In this document: positions 37,573-45,708 of the stretch, one piece after another | How positions within the stretch are numbered: the stretch's first letter is position 1 | Layout of the letters: each line of letters starts with the position of its first letter | From: Vicinamibacterales bacterium | GTDB lineage: Bacteria > Acidobacteriota > Vicinamibacteria > Vicinamibacterales > SCN-69-37 | Direction of reading: 5' to 3' | Assembly (NCBI GenBank): GCA_035550595.1 | Contig: DASZOV010000096.1 | Span: forward strand, 76,602-140,601 | DNA length: 64,000 bases | Made by a program: the position numbers and the translations under genes | The notes under the pieces: model-generated | Told to the model about the DNA's origin: nothing | What the model saw: only the letters and a program-made list of their open reading frames with translations | Databases searched by the model: none

Positions 37573-38942
37573 CGCCGCACATGGATCGATCGGACGATCG
37601 CGCGTCCAACCCAGCCGCGTCGGCGCGTGGCGCCCGGCCGGGCGTCCACGTCATGGCCAAGCCGGTCGGCCCGATCTGCAACCTCGACTGCAAGTACTGC
37701 TTCTATCTCGAAAAGGAGCGGCTGTATCCGGGCGCGCCCGCGTGGGCGATGTCCGATGACGTGCTCGAGACGTTCATCCGCCAGTACATCGACGTGAACG
37801 ACGCACCGGTCGTGTCGTTCACCTGGCAAGGCGGAGAGCCGACGCTCCTCGGCGTCGACTATTTCCGCCGCGTGGCCGCGCTGCAGGCGACGTACGCCAA
37901 CGGCAAGACGATCCAGAACGCGTTCCAGACCAACGCCGTGCTCATCGACGACGAGTGGGCGCGATTTTTCAAAGAGCACGACGTCCTCGTCGGCGTGTCC
38001 ATCGACGGGCCGCGCGACGTCCACGACGCTTACCGCGTCGACAAGGGCGGCCAGCCGACGTTCGACAAGGTCATGCGGGGGATCGACGTGCTCAACCGGC
38101 ACGGCGTCGCCTTCAACACGCTGACGACCGTGCACCGCGTGAGCGCCGAGCACCCACTCGAGGTCTACCGCTTCCTCAAGGCGCATGGCAGCGGCTACAT
38201 GCAGTTCATCCCAATCGTCGAACGAACGTCTCGGTCGGCGACGCGCGACGGGCTGACGCTCGTGTCGCCCGATTTCGACGGCCGCGCCGGCGTGACGCCC
38301 TGGTCGGTCGAGCCGCAGCAGTTCGGCGAGTTCCTCTGCGCGATCTTCGACGAATGGGTTCGGCACGACGTCGGCCGGTACTTCGTCCAGTTGTTCGACA
38401 TCTGCCTCGAGATGTGGACCGGGCTCGAGGCGAGCCTCTGCGTCTTTCGCCGCACGTGCGGCGGCGCGCTGGCGCTCGAGCACTCCGGGGACCTGTACTC
38501 CTGCGATCACTACGTGTATCCCGAGAACCGGCTCGGCAACATCATGGACGCGCCGCTGGACTCGCTCGCGCGCTCGGCGGCGCAGCAGGCGTTCGGCGAG
38601 GCGAAGGAAGCCGCGCTGCCACGGTACTGCCGCGAGTGCGACGTCCGCTTCGCCTGCAACGGCGAGTGCCCGAAGCATCGGTTCCTGACGACGCCGGACG
38701 GCGAGCCGGGACTGAACTATCTGTGCGCGGGCTACAAACGATTTTTCCGTCACGTCGATCGACCGATGCGGTTCATGGCTGGCGAGCTCGCGGCTGGCCG
38801 CGCGCCGGCGCACGTGATGCGCTGGATGGCCGAACAGGATCTGCACGCCGCGTTCGCGACCACGGGCCGCAACGATCCGTGTCCGTGCGGCAGCGGCCGC
38901 AAGTACAAACAGTGTCATCTGAGGCCCCAGCCGCCGGCATGA
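37569..38942 (+). CDS. Anaerobic sulfatase-maturating enzyme (radical SAM/SPASM) with a C-terminal SEC-C zinc motif
   Basis: The ATG overlaps the sulfatase stop (ATGA). Radical SAM motif is CNLDCKYCFY. SPASM Cys clusters are CVFRRTCGG...YSCDHYVY and CRECDVRFACNGECPKH. The tail is DPCPCGSGRKYKQCH. Confidence 0.85.
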   Translation: MTPHMDRSDDRASNPAASARGARPGVHVMAKPVGPICNLDCKYCFYLEKERLYPGAPAWAMSDDVLETFIRQYIDVNDAPVVSFTWQGGEPTLLGVDYFRRVAALQATYANGKTIQNAFQTNAVLIDDEWARFFKEHDVLVGVSIDGPRDVHDAYRVDKGGQPTFDKVMRGIDVLNRHGVAFNTLTTVHRVSAEHPLEVYRFLKAHGSGYMQFIPIVERTSRSATRDGLTLVSPDFDGRAGVTPWSVEPQQFGEFLCAIFDEWVRHDVGRYFVQLFDICLEMWTGLEASLCVFRRTCGGALALEHSGDLYSCDHYVYPENRLGNIMDAPLDSLARSAAQQAFGEAKEAALPRYCRECDVRFACNGECPKHRFLTTPDGEPGLNYLCAGYKRFFRHVDRPMRFMAGELAAGRAPAHVMRWMAEQDLHAAFATTGRNDPCPCGSGRKYKQCHLRPQPPA

Positions 38943-38968
38943 CGAGCGTGCGCAGGGCGATGAGAGCG

Positions 38969-39007
38969 AGTTCAAAACTTCGAACTTCAAACTTCAAACT
39001 TCGAAAC
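38969..39007. repeat. AT-rich heptad array (AACTTCG AACTTCA AACTTCA AACTTCG)
   Basis: Four direct 7-nt units at 38976-39003, 34 nt after the anSME stop and ~70 nt before the next sulfatase ATG. It is related to 22790-22817. Confidence 0.7.
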
Positions 39008-39072
39008 GGTCGTGGCGCCTTCGGCGCGTCTTTCAGGCTTGAAACACACTTCAAGCATTCAGGAGTAGACCG

Positions 39073-40701
39073 ATGAGTGATTCACGGGTGACGCGTCGAG
39101 GATTTCTGGAGCTGTCGGGCGGCGCGTTGCTGGGTGGCGCGCTGACCGGCGGCGAGGCAGGAGCGGCCGCGGCGGCTCGTGATCAGGCGGCATCGCCGGG
39201 CACGGCGCTCACGCGGCGGCCGAACCTCATCCTGTTCGTGTCCGACGAACTGAGGGCCGACAGCCTCGCCTGCTACGGTAATCCCGTCACGCGGACGCCG
39301 AACTTCGACCGCCTCGCCGCCGACGGCGCGAGGTTCTCGAACTGCCACGTGCAGTATCCCGTGTGCGGCGCGTCGCGATGCAGCCTGCTGACCGGATGGC
39401 CGACGAGCGTCCGCGGTCATCGCAGCCTCTACTACTTCCTGCGGCCGGAAGAGCCGAACCTGTTCCGCTATCTGAAGCAAAGTGGATACGACGTCTTCTG
39501 GTACGGCAAGAACGACGCGCTCAGCGCCGAGGTGTTCTACGACAGTCTGACCGAATGGTCGGCAACGGGCGACACCAGCGGCGCCCGCGGCGGCGGTGGC
39601 GGTGGCGGTGGACAGGCTGGTCCACCCGCGAACGGGCCGATCACGTTCCTGACGTCCGCCAGCGGTGACCGCCGCAACGGGCACGACTACGCGCTCGTGC
39701 GCTCGGCGATCCAGATTCTGGAGCGCAAGGAATCCGACCGGCCCTTCTGCCTCTTCCTCGCCATGAACGAGCCGCATCCGCCGTACTCGGCGCCGGCCGA
39801 CTTCCATCGCATGTACTCGCCGGCCGACGTGCCCGCGCCGATCCCGCGCACGCTGCCGAAGCGGCCGAACTTCCATCAGGCGATTCGCGACGCCTGCCGC
39901 TTGCAGAACGTGCCCGAGTCGACCTTCCGCGAGATCAAGGCCGTCTATTACGGTCAGGTCAGCTACGCCGACTGGGTGCTCGGCGAATTGCTCGAGGCCG
40001 TCGAACGTACGAACCACGCCGACGACACCGCGATCTTCTGCCTGTCGGATCACGGCGATTACACGGGCGACTACGGGCTCGTCGAGAAGTGGCCGGCCGG
40101 TCTCGAGGACGTACTCACGCACGTGCCGCTCATCGCGCGCGTGCCCGGCGGCGCGAGAGGCGTCGTCGCCGACGACATGGTGGAGCTCTACGACGTCATG
40201 GCGACGTGCCTCGATCTGGCCGGCGTGCCCGCCAGGCACACGCACTTCGCGCGCAGCCTCCGATCACAGCTCGCCGGCGGCCCGGGCGATCCGCAGCGCG
40301 CGGCGTTCGCCGAAGGGGGATACAACGTCTACGAACCGCAGTGTTTCGAGCCGACGGGGCTCGGCGGCTGGTACGCGGCGAAAGTGAACCTGCAGAACGA
40401 ACACCCGGAGACGATTGCGCGGGCCGCGATGGTCCGCACGCGCGAGGCGAAGCTCGTCGTCCGGCCGAACGGCCAGAACGAGCTGTATCGCTACGACACC
40501 GATCCGCAGGAACGGGAGAACCTGTACGGCGAGGGCGGCACGGCCACGCTCCAGGCTGCGCTGCACGAGCGGCTGCTCCACTGGTACGTCAATACGACCG
40601 GCATCGCGCCGTTCGAAAAGGATCAGCGCAATCCGCCGCCGTTCTACGTCACGCGGACGCCGCCTCCGGCCGACTGGCAGCGGACACTGCTCGATCGCTG
40701 A
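39073..40701 (+). CDS. Cys-type sulfatase with a twin-arginine signal
   Basis: AGGAG RBS. The Tat motif is TRRGFLELSGGALLG. Motifs are NLILFVSDELRAD and the variant active-site motif PVCGASRCSLLTG. A poly-Gly insert (GARGGGGGGGQ) is present. Confidence 0.8.
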   Translation: MSDSRVTRRGFLELSGGALLGGALTGGEAGAAAAARDQAASPGTALTRRPNLILFVSDELRADSLACYGNPVTRTPNFDRLAADGARFSNCHVQYPVCGASRCSLLTGWPTSVRGHRSLYYFLRPEEPNLFRYLKQSGYDVFWYGKNDALSAEVFYDSLTEWSATGDTSGARGGGGGGGGQAGPPANGPITFLTSASGDRRNGHDYALVRSAIQILERKESDRPFCLFLAMNEPHPPYSAPADFHRMYSPADVPAPIPRTLPKRPNFHQAIRDACRLQNVPESTFREIKAVYYGQVSYADWVLGELLEAVERTNHADDTAIFCLSDHGDYTGDYGLVEKWPAGLEDVLTHVPLIARVPGGARGVVADDMVELYDVMATCLDLAGVPARHTHFARSLRSQLAGGPGDPQRAAFAEGGYNVYEPQCFEPTGLGGWYAAKVNLQNEHPETIARAAMVRTREAKLVVRPNGQNELYRYDTDPQERENLYGEGGTATLQAALHERLLHWYVNTTGIAPFEKDQRNPPPFYVTRTPPPADWQRTLLDR

Positions 40702-40744
40702 CCAGCGCTCGATCGCCGAGTGGGCCGTGCGCGCGGCGCGCGGC

Positions 40745-43006
40745 TCACCGCGCGAGGTCGACCATCCAGATCGCTTCGGATACTTCGGTGATCGGCAGCG
40801 CGACGCTGCCGTCGGTCACCGACATCTGGATTTGTTCGTTGTAGTTGACGCGGAAATCCGGGCCGTCGAAGTGCGTGACCTGGAACGACGGCCCGACGGG
40901 CACGCCGGCCTGCGCGTCGAATCGGCGTCCCCAAAGATTCCACGCGCCCGTGCGGTTCGACAGGAAGTACACGGCGCGGCCGTCGGGCGACCAGCGCGGC
41001 TTGGTGTCGTGCGCGAGGCCTTCGGTGACGGCGACCGCCGGGCCGCCCTCGACCGGCATCACGTAGACCATCGAAGGCCGGCCGTCTCCCATCGCGAGAA
41101 AACTCATCCACTGTTTGTGCGGCGACACGCGCGCCGCGTAGAGATTGCGCGCCGGGTCCTGCGCCAGCACCCGCGGCCGCGACGGTCCCGTGGCGCCGAC
41201 CGGCACGGCGCAGAGCGCGATTCGCCGCGAGGCACCCAGGCAGCCGACGATGATGTTGTTGCCGTCGGGCATCCAGTCGTAGAACTGCGTCAGCCCGCGC
41301 GTCTGCGGCAATACCTGGTTGACCGCATCGCTCGCGTGCACGAGGACGACGGCTGAGTCGGACGAGTCGGCGGCGTCGCCGCGGAGGTAGGCGAGCCGGA
41401 AGCCATCCATGGACCACTTCGGCTGCAGAATCGCGCCGCGTTCTTCGATCGCCGTCAACTGATTGCGTCCGGTCACGACCTCGCGCACCCACAGCTCGTC
41501 GCGCCCACGCCGCACGGCGCGATAGGCGACCCGGGAGCCATCGGGCGCCATGTCGAGGACCGACGCATTGACGCCGAACGGCGTGAGCGGTTTGCCGCGT
41601 CCCAGGATTTCGCCGCGGCGCGGATCGAAGGGCAGCGACCAGATGCGTGTTTCGGTGTCGCCCTGCCCGAAGGCCAGACGGCGGCCGTCGGGCGACAGCG
41701 CAATCCCGTGTTTGTGACCGGTCGCCGCGGTCACGCGAAACGGCCCGGCGACCCAGCGTCCCGACGACGCCGCGACGTCGATACGCCACATCGAGTCGCC
41801 GTCGGCGTTCGCGCTCAGGAAGTACAGATGCGTGCCGTCAGGCGACCAGGTGAAGTCCGACAGCGCCACGCGCGTCGCTGCAAGCCGGTCGCGGACGGCC
41901 GGCGCGACGTCGACCTTGCGGACCGCGCCCGACGGCGCGTCCATCGTCCAGAAGCTCCAGCCGAGCGTTCCGTGCAGACCGTAGATCGACACGCGGCCAT
42001 CGGGTTGCCACGTGGCGTACGCCTGGGTGAAGTGCGACATCGCCTCGGGCTGCACCTCGACCGGCTGTCCGCCTCGCGCCGAGACGACGAAAAAGCGCGG
42101 CCGGCCCATGACGGTCGGCTCCGACAGCAGCAGGGTCGCGCCGTCGGGCGACCACTGAGGGTGTGATCCCATCGTCGAAATCAGCCGTTCGACGCCGCCC
42201 GTTGCCGGAATCGTGAAGATGCCGCCGCCACTGCGCTCCGATCGGAACGCGATGGTCTGTCCGTCAGGTGACCAGGCCGGGTCTGAATCCTGCGCGGCGC
42301 CTGTCGTCAACTGCACGGGTGATGTCTCGCCGATGGCCTGGCGCCAGATGTCGAGATTGCCGCCGCGGTTGGAACTGAAGGCAATGACGCGGCCATCGGG
42401 CGACCAGGACGGATCCATGTCGACGCTGCCGGCCGAGGTGAGCTGCGTCACGCGCGCCAGTTCCGGATCGCGCGCGGACCGCGTCGACGGCCGCGCCAGC
42501 CAGGCACCGCTCACGACGACCACGACCGTGGCCACGGCCACCAGGGACGTCCATTGCGACGGCGGGCGCGTTGGCGGCACGGCCGTTGGCGCGATCGTGT
42601 CCTCGCGCGCCTCCGTGTTGGCGTCGTCCGCTGGCGCGTCATGCGCCGCGGCCGCCGAGGCGTCATCGGGCGCGTCGACGGTGACCGGCACGGCCAGACG
42701 ATAGCCCTTGCCCGGCACGGTCATGAGGTACTCGACGTCCGGGTCGAGCTGGTGAAACGTCTTGCGAAGCGTGGAGACGTGCCGCGCGAGGTTGTTTTCC
42801 TCGACGAAGACGTTCGGCCACACCTTCTTCAGCAGATCGTCCTTCGAGACCGTTCGCCCTTCCGCCTCGACGAGCGCAACGAGGACGCGGAGCGCGCAGG
42901 GCGTCACGTGAACCGGCTGGCCGTCCGAGGTCAGGCTGCTGCCATCGGCGGCCGCAACGAACCGTCCGAACCGGAAGGACAAAGGTGCAATGGCATCGTC
43001 GATCAT
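40745..43006 (-). CDS. Membrane-anchored winged-helix (OmpR/CadC-type) regulator fused to TolB-like beta-propeller repeats
   Basis: GGGAGG RBS. The N-terminal trans_reg_C domain reads FRFGRFVAAA....L...G..V.VTPCALRVLVALVEAEGRTVSKDDLLKKVWP...VEENNLARHVSTLRK...GKGYRL. One TM (WTSLVAVATVVVVVSGAWL) follows. Repeated SPDG/WSPDG PD40-type blades are present. Confidence 0.8.
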   Translation of the reverse strand: MIDDAIAPLSFRFGRFVAAADGSSLTSDGQPVHVTPCALRVLVALVEAEGRTVSKDDLLKKVWPNVFVEENNLARHVSTLRKTFHQLDPDVEYLMTVPGKGYRLAVPVTVDAPDDASAAAAHDAPADDANTEAREDTIAPTAVPPTRPPSQWTSLVAVATVVVVVSGAWLARPSTRSARDPELARVTQLTSAGSVDMDPSWSPDGRVIAFSSNRGGNLDIWRQAIGETSPVQLTTGAAQDSDPAWSPDGQTIAFRSERSGGGIFTIPATGGVERLISTMGSHPQWSPDGATLLLSEPTVMGRPRFFVVSARGGQPVEVQPEAMSHFTQAYATWQPDGRVSIYGLHGTLGWSFWTMDAPSGAVRKVDVAPAVRDRLAATRVALSDFTWSPDGTHLYFLSANADGDSMWRIDVAASSGRWVAGPFRVTAATGHKHGIALSPDGRRLAFGQGDTETRIWSLPFDPRRGEILGRGKPLTPFGVNASVLDMAPDGSRVAYRAVRRGRDELWVREVVTGRNQLTAIEERGAILQPKWSMDGFRLAYLRGDAADSSDSAVVLVHASDAVNQVLPQTRGLTQFYDWMPDGNNIIVGCLGASRRIALCAVPVGATGPSRPRVLAQDPARNLYAARVSPHKQWMSFLAMGDGRPSMVYVMPVEGGPAVAVTEGLAHDTKPRWSPDGRAVYFLSNRTGAWNLWGRRFDAQAGVPVGPSFQVTHFDGPDFRVNYNEQIQMSVTDGSVALPITEVSEAIWMVDLAR

Positions 43007-43272
43007 GACGCCTCCCGTGCCGTGGTCACGATTTCTTCAAGAGGGGGAGTATACCGCTCGGCCGAGGCGTTGCGCGCGCGAGGTCGCGGTTCACCGCTCG
43101 TCTCGATCACCAGTCACCCCGATTGTTCATGTCCGCCGCCACCTGCAGGCCGGCGTTCAGGAACTTCCCACGCAGAATTCAGGATCTTGCCGGCCGATCG
43201 TCAAGACACCCACCGCGGTCCTGCCGTAGATTCCGCCCGGTTCGTCGAGTCCTGACGAGCCGGGAGGCGTCT

Positions 43273-43827
43273 GTGAACACACGAAGGCTCGGCGCCGAGG
43301 CGTGCGCCATGGCCGCCGCGCTGGCGACGATCGTCTGGCTCGCGCGGCCGGTACCAGTGGCAGCACAGGGCGCAGGTGGCGTCGCGGGCCGATGGACCTT
43401 TACGTTCAGCCCGCCCGCGAGAGCCGGCGGAGCGCGTGGACGCGGTGCGGCACGCGGTGCCGGCCGCGCGACGACGCCAGGACGAGCGGGGGCCTCGGCC
43501 GCGAGAGGACGCGCAGCCGGCGCAGCGTCTGACCGCCAGGCATTCCTCGACGTGAAGCCGGGACCGGCCGGCACGATCACGGGCACCGTGGACCTGAATC
43601 CGGGCGGCCGTGGCGCGCCGGGCAACAACCCCGATCGGCCGGTGGAGATCTCGGACGGCCACGTCGACGGCGCGCACCTGACCTTCAGCACCTGGTCGAT
43701 GGACGGCTATCGCAACCGCATCCAATTCGACGGCGTCGTCGAGGGCGACGTCCTTCAGCTCACGCTGCACCGCGCGACGCCGACCGGCGTCGAGACGACG
43801 CACGTGACCGCCCGCCGGACGAGGTGA
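43273..43827 (+). CDS. Hypothetical secreted protein with an Arg/Gly/Ala-rich low-complexity segment
   Basis: The GTG lies 5 nt after GGGAGG. Signal peptide ...WLARPVPVAAQGA. The sequence continues GRWTFTFSPPARAGGARGRGAARGAGR...GTITGTVDLNPGGRGAPGNN...ISDGHVDGAHLTFS...FDGVVEGDVLQLTL. It ends 3 nt before the arylsulfatase start. Confidence 0.55.
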   Translation: MNTRRLGAEACAMAAALATIVWLARPVPVAAQGAGGVAGRWTFTFSPPARAGGARGRGAARGAGRATTPGRAGASAARGRAAGAASDRQAFLDVKPGPAGTITGTVDLNPGGRGAPGNNPDRPVEISDGHVDGAHLTFSTWSMDGYRNRIQFDGVVEGDVLQLTLHRATPTGVETTHVTARRTR

Positions 43828-43830
43828 CGC

Positions 43831-45600
43831 GTGTCCATCAAAACGATCGCTCGGATGCTTGGCGCTGCCGTCACGGCGGCTGCGCTCTTCGCCGCCACGG
43901 CCGCCGCGCCGCAGGACCAGTCGTCATCTGACGCCGTGACGCCGTACACGGGCTTCGGCGGTGTGGTCCGCACGACCACGGCCGACTCGACGCCGGCACC
44001 GCTCGTCATTCCGCACGCCGCGCCCGGCAGCCCGAACGTCGTCTTCATCGTGCTCGACGATCTCGGGTTCTCGGATCTCGGCCCGTACGGATCCGAGATT
44101 GCGACGCCCAGCATCGACGCGCTGGCGAAAGCGGGACTCCGCTTCAACAACTTCCAGACGCACGCGATTTGCTCGACGACGCGCGCGGCGCTCCTGACGG
44201 GGAGGGTCGCGCACGCCGTCGGCATGAAGGATCTCGCGGGGAACGACACCGGGTTTCCGAACGCGCGCGGCCGGATCACGCCGGCCGCGGCGACCGTCGC
44301 GCAGATGCTGCAGGCGAACGGGTACAGCACGTACGGCGTCGGCAAGTGGCACCTGTTGCCGCACGCGGACATGCTCGCGTCGAGTCCGCGGACCGACTGG
44401 CCGCTCCAGAAGGGATTCGATCGGTTCTACGGCTTTCTGTCGGGCTGGACCGACCAGTACCATCCGTCGCTCGTCGAAGACAATCACTCGCTCGTCACGC
44501 CCGATCATCCCGGCTATCACTTCACCGCCGACATCGTCGATCACGCGATTCACTACTTGCGCGAGGGGCAGCAGGCCAACACCGGCCGGCCGTTCTTCCT
44601 GTATCTGGCGACCGGCGCCGTGCACGCGCCGCACCAGGCGCCGCCCGAGTACATCGACAAGTACAAGACCGTCTACGCGAAGGGCTGGGATGCCATTCGC
44701 GCCGAGCGCTTCGCGCGCGAGAAGGCCATGGGGCTCATTCCCCAGGACACGGTCATGCCGCCGCGCAACGCCGACGACCGCGCCTGGAGCGATCTGACCC
44801 AGGACGAGCGCACCGTCTACGCGCGCTACATGGCGGTCTACGCGGGATTCATCGAGCACACCGACGCGCAGATCGGGCGGCTCGTCGACTATCTCAAGCA
44901 GTCCGGACAGTTCGACAACACGATCATCTTCCTGCTCTCGGACAACGGCGCCGCACCCGAAGCCGGCCCCGAGGGCAGTTTCACCTCGCCGTACGGCGGC
45001 CGGCTGTCCGTTCAGGATTCGCTCGCGCGGCTCGACGACCTCGGCACCGAGCGCTCCGAGGAGCTGTACCAGCGCGCCTGGGCGATGGCGAGCGTCAGCC
45101 CGTTCAAGAAATACAAGCTGTCGATGCAGCTCGGCGGCGTGCGCGATCCGCTGATCGTCGTCTGGCCGAAGGGCATCGCCGCGAACGAGGGCGGCGCGGT
45201 CCGTTCGCAGTTCCTCGACGTCATCGATGTCGCGCCGACCGTGCTCGACGTCGCGGGCGTCACGGCACCGACGATCTTCGCCGGCGTGCCGCAGATGCCG
45301 ATCCACGGCGCCAGTTTTCTCGACGTCCTGCGCGACGCGCGCGCGCCCGCGCCCCGCGACACGCAGGTGTTCGAGCTGCGCGGCGAGCGGGCGATCTATC
45401 ACGACGGCTGGCGCGCCGTGTCGGTCCACGCTCCGGGCACGCCTTACGACCAGGACCGCTGGGAGCTCTACGACGACACGCGAGATTTCGCCGAGGCGCA
45501 CGACCTCGCGGCGCAGTATCCCGATCGCCTGAAAGCGATGCAGGACCTCTGGTGGCGCGAAGCGCGGACGTACGGCGTGCTGCCGCTGACCGCGCGCTGA
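43831..45600 (+). CDS. Arylsulfatase (Cys-type, arylsulfatase A-like)
   Basis: Signal peptide MSIKTIARMLGAAVTAAALFAATAAA. Motifs are NVVFIVLDDLGFSDLG and the variant FGly motif AICSTTRAALLTGR, with GKWHLL and LLSDNGA motifs also present. Confidence 0.85.
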   Translation: MSIKTIARMLGAAVTAAALFAATAAAPQDQSSSDAVTPYTGFGGVVRTTTADSTPAPLVIPHAAPGSPNVVFIVLDDLGFSDLGPYGSEIATPSIDALAKAGLRFNNFQTHAICSTTRAALLTGRVAHAVGMKDLAGNDTGFPNARGRITPAAATVAQMLQANGYSTYGVGKWHLLPHADMLASSPRTDWPLQKGFDRFYGFLSGWTDQYHPSLVEDNHSLVTPDHPGYHFTADIVDHAIHYLREGQQANTGRPFFLYLATGAVHAPHQAPPEYIDKYKTVYAKGWDAIRAERFAREKAMGLIPQDTVMPPRNADDRAWSDLTQDERTVYARYMAVYAGFIEHTDAQIGRLVDYLKQSGQFDNTIIFLLSDNGAAPEAGPEGSFTSPYGGRLSVQDSLARLDDLGTERSEELYQRAWAMASVSPFKKYKLSMQLGGVRDPLIVVWPKGIAANEGGAVRSQFLDVIDVAPTVLDVAGVTAPTIFAGVPQMPIHGASFLDVLRDARAPAPRDTQVFELRGERAIYHDGWRAVSVHAPGTPYDQDRWELYDDTRDFAEAHDLAAQYPDRLKAMQDLWWREARTYGVLPLTAR

Positions 45601-45708
45601 CGGGGCGCGCGCATGCGCCCGCCATCGGGCGACGTGCCGGCGACGTCACGTCGAGATCGTTGGTCCGCTGAACGTCCGTCACCAGATGAACGCAGAGGAG
45701 GTGTTTCG

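Noticed and set aside
39013-39035. Small hairpin gcgcc-ttc-ggcgc followed by gtcttt, considered as the terminator of the anSME gene.
   Set aside because: The stem is only 5 bp and the T-tract is short and interrupted. It is not distinguishable from chance in GC-rich DNA.
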